DNA of 64,000 nt. It comes from Bacillota bacterium. GTDB taxonomy: Bacteria; Bacillota; Sulfobacillia; JAJZYS01; JAJYTV01. The notes under the pieces are model-generated. The model was not told the DNA's origin. It saw only the letters and a program-made list of their open reading frames with translations, and made no database searches. The translations under genes and the position numbers were made by a program. Positions 30,967 to 41,349 of the stretch are shown here, piece by piece. The stretch's first letter is position 1, and every line of letters begins with the position of its first letter. The stretch lies in NCBI GenBank assembly GCA_021793315.1, contig JAJYSZ010000002.1, positions 14,823 to 78,822 on the forward strand. Direction: 5' to 3'.

Positions 30967-33900
30967 TCAGGGGCGCATCTTCTTGAGCGCCGTGAATAGC
31001 ACCTTCACTGCCTGAGCCCGGGTTGTCTTACCGAGTGGCTTGAAGGTGCCATTCGGGAATCCCGACATGTAGCCCGCCGCCACTGCCTCTTCGACCGCCT
31101 GCAGCGCCCAGGCGCCAATCCGCTTGCCGTCGCTGAAGTGGAGGGACTGCGTCTTGTCGAGCTTGAACGCCCGTGCGATCAGCACGGCCATCTGCTCGCG
31201 CGTGATCGTCTCGCCCGGAGCGAAGCGGGTCGAAGTGAGCCCCTGCACGATGCCCGCCTTCACGGCCGCAGCAACGTAGGGGGCAAACCACGAGCCCTGC
31301 CGCACGTCGGCGAAGTCCGTCTTGCCGCTGCCGGGCGTCAGGTTCAGCGCAAGCACCAGCATCTTGACGAACTGCGACCGAGTCACCGCCATGTCCGGCC
31401 GGAAGGTCCCGCCAGGGAACCCGCCGACGATGCCCTTGGCCGACAGCGCCTCGATCGCTTGATAGGCCCAGTAGCCTTGCGGCACGTCCGTAAAGGCAGT
31501 CGGCTTCACCGCGGCGGTCACGGTCAGAGTCGCCCGGCCTGTGGAGGCCGCGAAGCTGGAATCGCCCGAGTATGTACCCGTTACGGTGTCGGTGCCCACC
31601 GGTGCTGTCAAGGCGGTGCACGAGCCGGTCGCGGTACCGCCCGAACCCGTCAGGCTCGCGCTGCAGAGGCTCGTCGAGCCCGCAGTGAACGCTACGCTGC
31701 CCGTCGGCGTGCCGACGGCACCCGGGCCGGCGGTCACCGTGGCGGTGTACGTGACGCTCTGCCCCTGCTGAACGGAGGTCGGACTGACGTGGATGGACAC
31801 CCCTGTCGGAGTCGTCACGCCGCCCCCGCCGCCGCCAGTGCTGACGTGGACGGGGGGGCTGTCGGTCAGCACGATGTCGTGCCCCGAGGTGCCGCCGGCG
31901 TAGCTGATCTTCAGCGTCCGCCCGTCCACCGCCATGGTCCCGCCGTTCGGGAGGCCGGCAAAGGTCCCTGTGATGGGGCTGCCGCTCGCGTTCGCAAGGA
32001 TGTCGTAGGTGTCGCCCGCCGCCGAGGTGAAGCCGCTGCTGAAGCTCACGTCCAAGGACGCGCCGGCAACGTTTACCGTACCCGAGTTCACCGCGAGCTG
32101 GCCGTAGGTGCCCGCGCTCGTGCCGCCAATGACGACGGTCAACGCTGAGCCCGCGGTGGAGAGGTCCGCGCCTGAACTCGAGGTAAGCGTGCCCTCGTGC
32201 GAGCCCACGTCGCCCGGCTCGATCACCCCGCCCCCCCCGTTTGCACCGCGGACGGTGCCGGTGCCCTCGAGGGTCGCGCCCGAGGAGGTGGTCACCGCGC
32301 TCGCGAGGGAACCGGTCACATCGAGGGCGCCACTCGCCACCGTCGTCGTGCCGGTGTAGGTGTCGGTCCCGGATAGGGTCAGCGTGTGGTCGTGGCCATC
32401 GACGACGAGGTTCATGGATCCCGACAGGGTCTCCCCAACCGCGTCGTCCGCTTGGAGGTTCCCGACCGTGAAGTCCGCGGCGGTGCCAGAGTCCGTGATC
32501 GCACCGGCGTCGGAACCCGCGCCGGCGATCTGCTGGGCGTAGCCGTTCAGGTCGAACGTCGCGCCCGAGGCGACGTTGAGCGTCGTCCCGGTCGGCAAGG
32601 CGTTGGCGACTCCGTCCTGCAGGGTGCCGTAGGCCACGCTGGTGGTGCCCGTGAAATCGTTCGCGCCATTGGACAGGTCGACGGTACCGGTCAGGCCGGA
32701 AGCGCCTGTGCTGAGGTCGCCACCCGAAACGGCGCCGCTTATGGCGAGCGTGGAGCCGGGGCCGGCGCCCAGGGTTCCACCGGACGAGTTGTCCAGGATG
32801 ATCGAGCCCGTCCAGGTGTCGATGCCCGACGGGTCGGTCGTCTCGAGGGTGCCAGCGAGATCCGTGATCGCGGTGCTGCTCGGGATGGAGACGTCGCCCG
32901 TGAGGTCGAGGGTCGCGCCGCTACCCACCGTCACCCAGCTCGACGAGCCGAGGGCGCTGCTGTTCCCGAGTTCGAGCGTCCCGTCCTCAACGGTCGTACC
33001 GCCGGCGTACGTGTTGGCGGCCTCGAAATCGACGGTGCCGGACATGCCGGGACCGCCTGCGGCGAGACTGCCGTTTCCCGCGACGGCGCCGCTCACGGCG
33101 AGCGTGGAGCCTGCTCCGGCGGCCAGGGTGCCACGGGACAGGCTGTCGAGGGTGACGCTGCCTGCCCAGGTGTCGCTACCCGACGGGTCGGTCGTCTCGA
33201 GGGTGCCGGCCAGGTCGGTGATCGGGATGCTGCTCGGGATGGAAACGCCGCCGGTCAGGTCAAGGGTCGCGCGGGCGCCAACCGTCACTCCACTCGACGA
33301 GCCGAGGGCGCCGCCGCTCGCGACCCGGAGGTCGCCCGACTGTACCGTCGTGGACCCGGTGTAGGTGTTCGAGCCCGCAAGCGTCAGGGTACCGGAGCCA
33401 GCCATGACGAGGTTCAGCGGGGCGGTCCCGTTCGTCAGGGTCGCGAAGACGTTGCCGGTCCCGGCCTCGTTGTCCGTCAGGGTGGATCCAGCCGATCCGG
33501 TGTTGGTGATGGTGCCTGCGCTCGAGCCCAGACTGGCTACGGTCTGGTCGTAGCCGTTCAGGTCGAACGTCGCGCCCGGGGCGACGTCGAGCGTCGTCCC
33601 GGTCGGCAGGGCGTTGGCGGCTCCGTCCTGCAGGGTGCCGTAACCCACGCTGGTGGTGCCCGTGAAATCATTCGCGCCGTTGGACAGGTCGACGGTACCG
33701 GTCAGGCCGGAAGCGCCCGTGCTGATGCCGCCGCCCGAAACGGCGCCGCCGACGGCGAGCGTGGAGCCGGGGCCGGCGCCCAGGGTCCCACCGGACGAGC
33801 TGTCCAGGGTGATCGGGCCCGCCCAGGTGTCGACGCCCGACGGGTCGGTCGTCTCGAGGGTGCCAGCGAGATCCGTGATCGCGGTGCTGCTCGGGATGGA

Positions 33901-36729
33901 GACGTCGCCCGTGAGGTCGAGGGTCGCGCCGGTGCCCACCGTCACCCCGCTCGACGAGCCGAGGGCGCTGCTGCTCCCGAGTTCGAGCGTCCCGTCCTCA
34001 ACGGTCGTGCCGCCGGTGTACGTGTTGGCGGCCTCGAAATCGACGGTGTCGGACATGCCGAGACCGCCTGCGGTGAGGCTGCCGTTTCCCGAGACGGCGC
34101 CGCTCACGGCGAACGTGGAGCCGGGGCCGGCGGCCAGGGTCCCTCCGGACGAGCTGTCCAGGGTGACGCTGCCTGCCCAGGTGTCGCTCCCCGACGGGTC
34201 GGTCGTCTCGAGGGTGCCAGCCAGGTCGGTGATCGGGATGCTGCTAGGGACGAAAACGCCGCCGGTCAGGTCGAGGGTCGCGCCGGTGCCCACCGTCACC
34301 CCGCTCGACGAGCCAAGGGCGCTGCTGCCCGCGACCCGGAGGTCGCCCGACTGTACCATCGTGGACCCGGTGTAGGTGTTCGAGCCCGCAAGCGTCAGGG
34401 TACCGGAGCCGGCCATGACGAGGTTCAGCGGGGCGGTCCCGTTCGTCAGGGTCGCCGAGACGTTGGCGGTCCCGGCCTCGTTGTCCGTCAGGGTGGATCC
34501 AGCGGATCCGGTGTTGGTGACGGTGCCTGCGCTCGAGCCCAGACTCGCCACGGTCTGGTCGTTGCCGTTCAGGTCGAACGTCGCGCCCGAGGCGACGCCG
34601 AGTGTCGTCGTGATCGGCAGGGCGTTGGCGGCTCCGTCCTGCAGGGTGCCGTATGCCACGGTGGTCCCCGTGAAATCGTTCACGCCGTTGGACAGGTCGA
34701 CGGTGCCGGTCAGGCTAGAGGTCCCCGACGTCAGAGGGCCAAGGCCCACCTGGCCGGTAACGTCCAGGGTCGCGCCCGCAGCGGCCGCCAGGGTGCCTCC
34801 GCCATTGTCGAGGTCGACCGACTGGCTCCAAGTCGCGCTTCCGCCGCCGGCCTCAAGCACGCCGGCGAGACTGCCGATGAACGGCCCGGCCGGAATGCTG
34901 ATGCCGCTGTCGAGGGACAGCGCCGCACCCCCATTGACGATGATACCGTTGCTGCTCGCGCTCCCGGTCCCGAGAGCATCGTCGTTGCCCACTTCGAGGG
35001 TCCCGTAGGCGACGGTGGTGGTGCTGTTCGTGTAGGTGTTGGCAGCCGTCAGGTCGACCGTCCCGGTCATGCCCTCGGCCCCAACATCGATCTTGGGCGA
35101 GGCGCCCGCCACGACACCGTTCACCTCGAGGGTGTCACCCGGCGCCGCGGCGAACGTGCTGCTGTACATCGAGCCAGCCAGCGCGACCGTGCCGTTCCAC
35201 GCGCCTGTCGTGCCTGCTGCACCCGCCAGATCGAGGACACCGTCCTGGACCGTGAGGGGGACCGTGGTTGGTACGGTGACGTTGCCGTCTAGTTCGAGGG
35301 TGCCTTCGAAGCCTTGGCTCGCGCTGCCGACCGTCACACCGCTCGTATTCCCTAGCGCAGAGCTGCTGGCCAGCGCCACGGTGCCTTCGCCACCGGCGCT
35401 CTGGACCGTGGTGGAGCCACTGTAGCTGTTGTTTCCCGCGAGGGTGATCGTATGGCCCGGGTTCAAGAAGGCGAGGATGCTCTCCGCGCCCGTCAGGGCC
35501 TCGTCCACACTGTAAGAGGGGGCCATGCCGCTCAGGGTAAGCTGCGCGGCCGGGCCTGAGTCGGCGATGATGCCGGTGCCGCTTCCCGTCATCGCTTCGA
35601 TGCTCTGATTGTGCCCGTTGAGCTCGAGGGTCGCCCCAGACGCAACGTCGAGTGCGCAGTCCTGGCTCACGGCGTTGTCCGCTCCGTCTTCAAGCGTGCC
35701 GTAGAGGACGGTCGTGGTGCCGGACCAGCCATCGTTGCTGCCGGACAGTTCGACCGTACCACTCCAACCCCCGATCTTGCCCACGACAAGCGATGTGCCG
35801 TAACCGCCGTCCGAAACCGTCCCGGACACGTCCAGGGACGAACCTGTCGCGGCAGCGAACGTAGCTGTTGGGTCGGACACGCGGTAGTTGATCGGCACCG
35901 GGCCACCCCAGGTAGCCGTACCGGTGCCTGTGGACTCGAGCGTGCCAGTCATGGCGTCGAGCGCGTCGTTGGAGACGGTGACGCCACCTGCCAACGCGAG
36001 CGTGCCGCTACCCACGCCTGAGTCCGCTCCGCCGAGCACGTCGATGCCCCCGGTGCCAAGAGCGTTGTCGTTCAGGACGTCGATGGTGCCGTCATAGACG
36101 AACGCGAAGTCATCCAGGGAAGCGTTGTTCCCCGACAGCATGAAGGTGCCCGACCCGCCGCTTTGGCCAAAGTACACGTAGCCCTGGCTTCCCGATATGT
36201 CGCCTGTCATGTCGACCTCGGCGCCGTTCGCCGCCTCGAGGTCCACAGCATTGTTGCCGAAGTCGATTCCGGTGGCGATGGTGGAGGTACCGACCTCGGC
36301 ATCGATCGCAACATTGTTTGTGTTGTTGGTGCCGGACAGCGAAAGCGTGTAGCCTGTTCCGCCAAGGGTGTACGAGCCGTCGAGGACAATGTCGTCGGCG
36401 GTCTCGCTATCCGAGGAATAGACCGAACTGCCCGTGGTGGGGATGCTCGAGGGGAAGATGATCTGGCTGCCAGTCAAGGTGGCAGTGCCCGCAGTCGTGC
36501 CCGTGCCGCAGCTCGCGCCGTTGCCTGGAGTCCAGTTGTCGCCAACGCTCAGGTCTGTGTCGACACTGCCATTCCACGTGCATGTGCCAAGGCTCGACGC
36601 ATAGACCGGGCTCGACGGGATCGCCATGAAGGCGAAAGCGGCGAGGGCGAGAAGGGGCAGAATGAGCCCCATCCCGACCATCGCCCTCGCCTGTCCTGCG
36701 AACCGCCGCAGCCGCCCTTTCCTTGTCAT
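30967..36729 (-). CDS. Giant S-layer-anchored surface protein (1920 aa). It has a signal peptide, many autotransporter-associated beta-strand (PATR-like) repeats, Ig-like domains, and three C-terminal SLH domains.
   Basis: The N-terminus has a signal peptide ending in PSSPVYA. The body is made of repeats such as TLTLAGSNTYTGSTTVQSGDLRV and AANTYTGGTTVEDGTLELG. The C-terminus contains the SLH motif FTDVPQGYWAYQAIEALSAKGIVGGFPGGTFRPDMAVTRSQFV, three times. A GGAGGAGGG site lies 6 nt upstream of the ATG at 36729. Confidence 0.9.
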   Translation of the reverse strand: MTRKGRLRRFAGQARAMVGMGLILPLLALAAFAFMAIPSSPVYASSLGTCTWNGSVDTDLSVGDNWTPGNGASCGTGTTAGTATLTGSQIIFPSSIPTTGSSVYSSDSETADDIVLDGSYTLGGTGYTLSLSGTNNTNNVAIDAEVGTSTIATGIDFGNNAVDLEAANGAEVDMTGDISGSQGYVYFGQSGGSGTFMLSGNNASLDDFAFVYDGTIDVLNDNALGTGGIDVLGGADSGVGSGTLALAGGVTVSNDALDAMTGTLESTGTGTATWGGPVPINYRVSDPTATFAAATGSSLDVSGTVSDGGYGTSLVVGKIGGWSGTVELSGSNDGWSGTTTVLYGTLEDGADNAVSQDCALDVASGATLELNGHNQSIEAMTGSGTGIIADSGPAAQLTLSGMAPSYSVDEALTGAESILAFLNPGHTITLAGNNSYSGSTTVQSAGGEGTVALASSSALGNTSGVTVGSASQGFEGTLELDGNVTVPTTVPLTVQDGVLDLAGAAGTTGAWNGTVALAGSMYSSTFAAAPGDTLEVNGVVAGASPKIDVGAEGMTGTVDLTAANTYTNSTTTVAYGTLEVGNDDALGTGSASSNGIIVNGGAALSLDSGISIPAGPFIGSLAGVLEAGGGSATWSQSVDLDNGGGTLAAAAGATLDVTGQVGLGPLTSGTSSLTGTVDLSNGVNDFTGTTVAYGTLQDGAANALPITTTLGVASGATFDLNGNDQTVASLGSSAGTVTNTGSAGSTLTDNEAGTANVSATLTNGTAPLNLVMAGSGTLTLAGSNTYTGSTMVQSGDLRVAGSSALGSSSGVTVGTGATLDLTGGVFVPSSIPITDLAGTLETTDPSGSDTWAGSVTLDSSSGGTLAAGPGSTFAVSGAVSGNGSLTAGGLGMSDTVDFEAANTYTGGTTVEDGTLELGSSSALGSSSGVTVGTGATLDLTGDVSIPSSTAITDLAGTLETTDPSGVDTWAGPITLDSSSGGTLGAGPGSTLAVGGAVSGGGISTGASGLTGTVDLSNGANDFTGTTSVGYGTLQDGAANALPTGTTLDVAPGATFDLNGYDQTVASLGSSAGTITNTGSAGSTLTDNEAGTGNVFATLTNGTAPLNLVMAGSGTLTLAGSNTYTGSTTVQSGDLRVASGGALGSSSGVTVGARATLDLTGGVSIPSSIPITDLAGTLETTDPSGSDTWAGSVTLDSLSRGTLAAGAGSTLAVSGAVAGNGSLAAGGPGMSGTVDFEAANTYAGGTTVEDGTLELGNSSALGSSSWVTVGSGATLDLTGDVSIPSSTAITDLAGTLETTDPSGIDTWTGSIILDNSSGGTLGAGPGSTLAISGAVSGGDLSTGASGLTGTVDLSNGANDFTGTTSVAYGTLQDGVANALPTGTTLNVASGATFDLNGYAQQIAGAGSDAGAITDSGTAADFTVGNLQADDAVGETLSGSMNLVVDGHDHTLTLSGTDTYTGTTTVASGALDVTGSLASAVTTSSGATLEGTGTVRGANGGGGVIEPGDVGSHEGTLTSSSGADLSTAGSALTVVIGGTSAGTYGQLAVNSGTVNVAGASLDVSFSSGFTSAAGDTYDILANASGSPITGTFAGLPNGGTMAVDGRTLKISYAGGTSGHDIVLTDSPPVHVSTGGGGGGVTTPTGVSIHVSPTSVQQGQSVTYTATVTAGPGAVGTPTGSVAFTAGSTSLCSASLTGSGGTATGSCTALTAPVGTDTVTGTYSGDSSFAASTGRATLTVTAAVKPTAFTDVPQGYWAYQAIEALSAKGIVGGFPGGTFRPDMAVTRSQFVKMLVLALNLTPGSGKTDFADVRQGSWFAPYVAAAVKAGIVQGLTSTRFAPGETITREQMAVLIARAFKLDKTQSLHFSDGKRIGAWALQAVEEAVAAGYMSGFPNGTFKPLGKTTRAQAVKVLFTALKKMRP
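32520..34700. repeat. Intragenic tandem repeat, 1011-bp unit (337 aa), about 2.3 copies at roughly 95% identity, inside the surface-protein gene
   Basis: Antisense ORFs 32642..33364 and 33653..34375 have identical length and start, and are offset by exactly 1011 nt. The same holds for 33365/34376. Direct comparison of 32581-32900 with 33601-33920 shows near-identity. A third partial copy begins at about 34545. Confidence 0.8.
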
Positions 36730-36961
36730 GAGGGCCCTCCTCCGACGCTAGCTCATGGGGGATCCAACTTCGGCGAACCCCATCCATCCAGGGGTCTGAC
36801 ACCCTGATCACTGATCCCAGGGCCGTCACCCTAGAACCCCGCTGTCAACGAGTGCACGCTTCTCCATGCGTACCTGCCCGTGCTGAAGCCGCACTCGACG
36901 AACGCACTGCCGCCCGATCCCCGCAGAGGTACAGGCTCCGCTCGTCTCCGCCCGCGTCTTT

Positions 36962-39900
36962 ATGTCAAATTTCAGACTTGCACAGTTTGCTGCGACAGAG
37001 GGACAACAGTTCACCGACAGGAGTCTGACAAATTGGGTCGAACCCGTGATCAATCCTCATTGGCAAGATGTGGTGGCTTGGACTATCCGATTGAAAGGGT
37101 GGCTAACCACGTACCGGGTTGCGCTTCTGGGTGAGCCCTCCTTAGAGGGTCCGGATGGGCCAATCCCCATTTCCGTGCGGAAGGGGCAGGCGCTGCTGTG
37201 GTACTGTGCGTCCCAACCGCAGCGCAAGGTGCGCCGCGCCGACCTTGCGAGCCTGCTGTGGGGGCCACCGACTCGCAGCGGGCTGGATAGCCTTAGCACG
37301 ACACTGGTCCGTCTGCGGCGGGCGCTCCCGGTGTGGCCCCTGCATGCCGAGGCCGACTGGGTTTCATGGAATCGGGATTGCGGCGTGCAGGTCGACCTTC
37401 ATCGCTTCCGCGCAGCCCTCAGCGATGCAGATGACAACGGCGGGGACGCTGCGCTGCTCTCCGAGGCGCTCTCGCTCTATCGCGGCCCCTTTCTCCAGGG
37501 ATTCGACCTGCCGGGCCTCGCCGAGTTCGGCGCATGGATCCACCATGAGCGGCGACAACTCGCCCTGGATGTCCTGAGGGGCGTGCGTCTCCTGATCGGT
37601 ATGCAGGAACGCCTCCAAGACTGGCAGGGAGTGGCGAAGACCGCACGGCGCGGTCTTGACATCGATCCGCTTCAGGAAGATCTCCATCGCAGCCTGATCC
37701 TGGCGTACCATCGTCAGGGAAACAGAGCTGCCGCCCTCACGTATCTTCGCGCGTATCAAGATGCGGTGGCGAAGGAGTCCGGAGCCGCCCCAAGCTCCGC
37801 GTTGCTCGAGCTCACGGACATCGTCGAGCGCGGCCGTGACCTACCCTCGGCGTACGCGCAGACGCGCGAAGAGGCAGTGCCCTGGCCTCCGCTCGTCGGC
37901 CGGGAGGATGCGCTGCAGGCCCTGCTCGGCGACCAGGGCCTCGGTCGGGGGATCTGCGTCGCGGTGTGCGGCGAGGCTGGCGTCGGCAAGACCCGCCTCA
38001 TCAAGGAGATCGTCTCGCGGAAACGCGCGGGAATGGTCGCGCGCTCCGCCCGAACCGTGCTGCTGGGCCACTGCCATGAAGACTCCGGCAGACTGCCGCT
38101 CGCTCCCTTCGCCGAGGCGCTCCGCAGCTATCCGGACCTGCAAGCGCTGGTCAGGGAAGGTTCGCTTGACGATGTGTGGCTCGCCGAGGTGGGGCGTCTC
38201 CTGCCCGAGCTGCGCCCCGACCTTCGCCCTCTCCCGTCGGCAGACGCGGGAGAGGGGCGCCGCCGTTTATACGAGGGGATCTCGCGCCTGCTCGCCGTGC
38301 TTCCCGCACCGGTGCTGCTCGTCCTTGAGGATGTCCACTGGGCCGACGGAGCGAGCACCTCCCTGCTGGGACACCTCGCGCGCCACCGCCCGCCCGGGCT
38401 CGCGGTGCTCCTTACTCTGCGCGCAGGCGAGGAGCCGCAACGGGTCCGGCAGTTGCTTGGGAACCTGGAACGGGAGGGGATCCTCCTGCGCCATGACCTT
38501 TCCGCCCTTTCCAGGGAGGCGACCATTACCCTGGTAAAGATCCTCGCCGGTACGTCGGACCAGGGTCTTGGCGAGCGGTTGTATGCGATGAGCGAAGGGC
38601 TCCCGCTCTTCGTTCTGGAGTTTGTGCGCTCGCTGCGGGAGAGCGGTGACGCAACGGAGGCGCGCCATTCTGTCGACACGCTCGGGACACCGATGCCGGC
38701 CACGGTCCAGCATGTTGTGCGCACCCGTCTTGCACGCCTCTCCCGGGAAGGGCGGGCGATCCTCGCCGCTTGCTCCCTCTTCCCCCGTCCAGTGCCCTTC
38801 GAGGTCCTGCGGAGGGTGGTGCAGTTGCAGGACGAGGAGGTGGTGGCCGCCCTTGAGCCCGTCATCGCTGCAGGACTGGTCCGCGAGCAGGTCGATCGAG
38901 GCGGCAGGGCACCGGTGGCGGGACTAAAGATCGGCTTCACGCACGATGTCATCCGGCGGGTCGTGCATGACGACCTCCTTGAGACGCGGAACCAGCTGCT
39001 CCACAGGCGCGCCTTTCAAGCCTTGCGTGAGACAGCGGGCGATTTCTATGTAGTAGACCTCGCGCTGCACGCTACCGAAGGAGGACTGTGGGAGGAAGCC
39101 TTCCGGTGGAACGAGCGGGCTGCCGAGGTGGCCGAAGGACTGTACGACCGGGCGGAGGCGGTGCGGTTCCTCAAGGTGGCCTTGCTCTGCCTTGAGCATC
39201 TCCCCTCGACACCGGACCTCGGTGATCGCAAGAGGGATATCCTGCTCCGCTTAGCGCGGGACAGCCGGGTAGTCGATTTCGCCGCCGGAAGCGCGGTGGT
39301 GGAGCAGGCGGCAGATGCAGAGGGCACGCCGAAGGAGAAGAGGCTCCATCTTCAGTTGGAAAGGGCCTTCAACTTCGTCTTGCAGGGCCGGTCGCGGCTC
39401 GCGGCGGAGTTGCTTGAACAGTGCCTGCCCGAAACTCGGGCAGCAGGTCTGCGGGATCTTGAAGCCTTGGGCCTTTCCTACACGGGTGTTCTCAGGATGT
39501 CGCTCGAAGGTGATTTCGAGGGCTCTCGGGCGCTCCTCGAGGAGGCGTGGCGCATCGACACGGAACAAGGCCATTGTGGCGATTTGTATGCGACGCTGGC
39601 CCCAGCCGTTTTGGTAAGCGTCAGGACCGCCATGGGCGACCTCGCGGGCGTGGACGAAGTCTATCGCGAGATCCGCGCCCGGAGCGAGCAGAGCGGCGAT
39701 CCGATGCTCCGAGCCCTGGTCATGTCCCAGGTCGCGAGGGCAGCCTTGATACGCGGCGACGCTCAAGAGGGCCTCGAGGCAGCGCGTGAGGGCGCGCGCC
39801 TCTCCCGCTCGAACGGGAGTACACTTTTCCGATTTATGTGCGAAGTGGACCTAGGCACGGCAATGACCGCGCTTGGAGAGCCCGAGGGGATCAATGTCTT

Positions 39901-40339
39901 GGAGGGGGCGATCGAAAGCGCCGTCACGAACCGTCTGCGCCTGACACTCGGTCGTGCCTATGCTGCACTCGCGGACGCCCGCCTGCGGGCCGGACAGCTT
40001 GATCTCGCTTTGCAGGCCGCCGAGACCGGCCTAAGTGTAGCCGAGCACGATGAAGCGCTAGCCGACGCCGCACTGAACCGGTTGCAGCTCGCACGGATTG
40101 AAGCGGCAACCGGACGCCGCGACCTGGCACGGGAGAAGGCAGAGGCTGCGCTCGCACAGTTTGCCGCTTCCGGCGCCCGCCCCAGCATGGTGCGTTGCCA
40201 TCTGCTACTCGCAGAGCTTGCGAATGGGGAAGCGGAACTGCTGGGGCACGAGCGCGCTGCTGAGGAGTTGCACGCCTCGATGGGTCTTGAGACGCCTATG
40301 CCTGCGGCCTGTTCCGAAACCAGTGACAAGCAGTCTTAG
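36962..40339 (+). CDS. AfsR/SARP-family STAND regulator: OmpR-type winged-helix plus BTAD domain, then an NB-ARC/AAA ATPase, then TPR-like repeats (1125 aa). The start is uncertain.
   Basis: The DNA-binding and BTAD region reads VALLGEPSL...GQALLWYCAS...ADLASLLWG...LYRGPFLQGF...DPLQEDLHRSLILAYHRQGNRAAAL. The Walker A is VCGEAGVGKTRL and the Walker B is LLVLEDVHWAD. The C-terminal ~450 aa are helical repeats. Confidence 0.8.
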   Translation: MSNFRLAQFAATEGQQFTDRSLTNWVEPVINPHWQDVVAWTIRLKGWLTTYRVALLGEPSLEGPDGPIPISVRKGQALLWYCASQPQRKVRRADLASLLWGPPTRSGLDSLSTTLVRLRRALPVWPLHAEADWVSWNRDCGVQVDLHRFRAALSDADDNGGDAALLSEALSLYRGPFLQGFDLPGLAEFGAWIHHERRQLALDVLRGVRLLIGMQERLQDWQGVAKTARRGLDIDPLQEDLHRSLILAYHRQGNRAAALTYLRAYQDAVAKESGAAPSSALLELTDIVERGRDLPSAYAQTREEAVPWPPLVGREDALQALLGDQGLGRGICVAVCGEAGVGKTRLIKEIVSRKRAGMVARSARTVLLGHCHEDSGRLPLAPFAEALRSYPDLQALVREGSLDDVWLAEVGRLLPELRPDLRPLPSADAGEGRRRLYEGISRLLAVLPAPVLLVLEDVHWADGASTSLLGHLARHRPPGLAVLLTLRAGEEPQRVRQLLGNLEREGILLRHDLSALSREATITLVKILAGTSDQGLGERLYAMSEGLPLFVLEFVRSLRESGDATEARHSVDTLGTPMPATVQHVVRTRLARLSREGRAILAACSLFPRPVPFEVLRRVVQLQDEEVVAALEPVIAAGLVREQVDRGGRAPVAGLKIGFTHDVIRRVVHDDLLETRNQLLHRRAFQALRETAGDFYVVDLALHATEGGLWEEAFRWNERAAEVAEGLYDRAEAVRFLKVALLCLEHLPSTPDLGDRKRDILLRLARDSRVVDFAAGSAVVEQAADAEGTPKEKRLHLQLERAFNFVLQGRSRLAAELLEQCLPETRAAGLRDLEALGLSYTGVLRMSLEGDFEGSRALLEEAWRIDTEQGHCGDLYATLAPAVLVSVRTAMGDLAGVDEVYREIRARSEQSGDPMLRALVMSQVARAALIRGDAQEGLEAAREGARLSRSNGSTLFRFMCEVDLGTAMTALGEPEGINVLEGAIESAVTNRLRLTLGRAYAALADARLRAGQLDLALQAAETGLSVAEHDEALADAALNRLQLARIEAATGRRDLAREKAEAALAQFAASGARPSMVRCHLLLAELANGEAELLGHERAAEELHASMGLETPMPAACSETSDKQS

Positions 40340-40834
40340 CTCGATCACGATCGCTTGGGTTTCGGGAAGACGGGATAGGCGACACAAAGCTGACATTGGA
40401 AGGTTGGACAGGGTCGCTGGCGCACCGGTGGTCAGCCGCGTATGTCGCCCGTCGTTCATGGTTTGTAGTGATTCTGCGCATGGCAAACCCGGGGCTGATG
40501 CTAGACCGGCCTCGTCATCACTATGCCTAGGACATCCAGCGGGACGCACGAACCCGTCGAACATCGGCACGGTGAAGGCGATCTCGCCCCAGTGTGGCAT
40601 GTAGCATAAGCCATGCTTCTTTAGACGATTGGCCCAATCTGCGCTGTCTTCTTCCCAAGTTCGGCAGCTACATCGGACGACTGATCCGTGCCGCAACGTC
40701 CAAGACAATCGGCCCGCCGCGCGTCAGCACCGCAGGTTCTCCAACCGGACCATCCATGAATCCCACTGGGGGTGACCTCCTGACTTGTATACGGGAGGTC
40801 ATGGCCAGTCGCAGATGGGACGTTCGCTCTGGGC

Positions 40835-41300
40835 CTACATGTTCCAAGGGTTGATAACAGGGATGTCGAACGTTTCGAAATCGGACACGTTCCGCGTGAC
40901 CAAAGTGAACTCATGGTTCACCGCCATCGCAGCGATGAGAGCATCCATTGCCGACACCGGTCTTCCCACTGCGTATCCATGAGCTAGTGCTTTGCCCCAA
41001 CCATCCGCCAACTGAGAAGTCACTGTCACGATCCGCTGCTCGAACCGCCCGGGCAGTTCGACCCTAAGCCACTCGTTTAGTCGATCACGACGGACCCCCG
41101 TGGCCATCCGGTCAATGCCAAACCTGATCTCCGCGTTGCCCGTGTCGTGGGTCTCACGCCGGCGGTCCGCCTTGCCTCTAGGGGAGCACGTAAAGGAACG
41201 GAGATTGCCCGGTCGAGATCTTCTCGGCAGCGGTCCGTTCCGGTGGAGGTCGGATTGACGGCAGTTCGTCGACCGGACAGGGACCGCCCCATCGAGCGCC
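40835..41300 (-). pseudogene. vapC: vapC (PIN-domain toxin) pseudogene. The N-terminal part is in another frame and ends at an in-frame TAG.
   Basis: ORF 40835..41107 translates to ...GVRRDRLNEWLRVELPGRFEQRIVTV...GRPVSAMDALIAAMAVNHEFTLVTRNVSDFETFDIPVINPW, the VapC C-terminal two-thirds. The upstream alternate frame reads PVDELPSIRPPPE...QSPFLYVLP*, resembling a VapC N-terminus before the stop. No vapB is present. Local GC is lower than the flanks. Confidence 0.5.
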
Positions 41301-41349
41301 AGAAGGGCTAGCTCGCGCCCGACCGTCGTGCCACTACACTATTCCCGCC

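Noticed and set aside
32386-35292. 968-aa plus-strand ORF plus repeated 240-aa and 62-aa ORFs inside the surface-protein gene
   Set aside because: They are antisense shadows of the minus-strand SLH/PATR gene. Their duplication merely reflects the 1011-bp tandem repeat.
40205-40708. 167-aa minus-strand ORF overlapping the 3' end of the STAND regulator
   Set aside because: It overlaps a confident gene by 135 nt, has no ribosome-binding site and no recognisable motif. It is probably non-coding within the low-GC islet.
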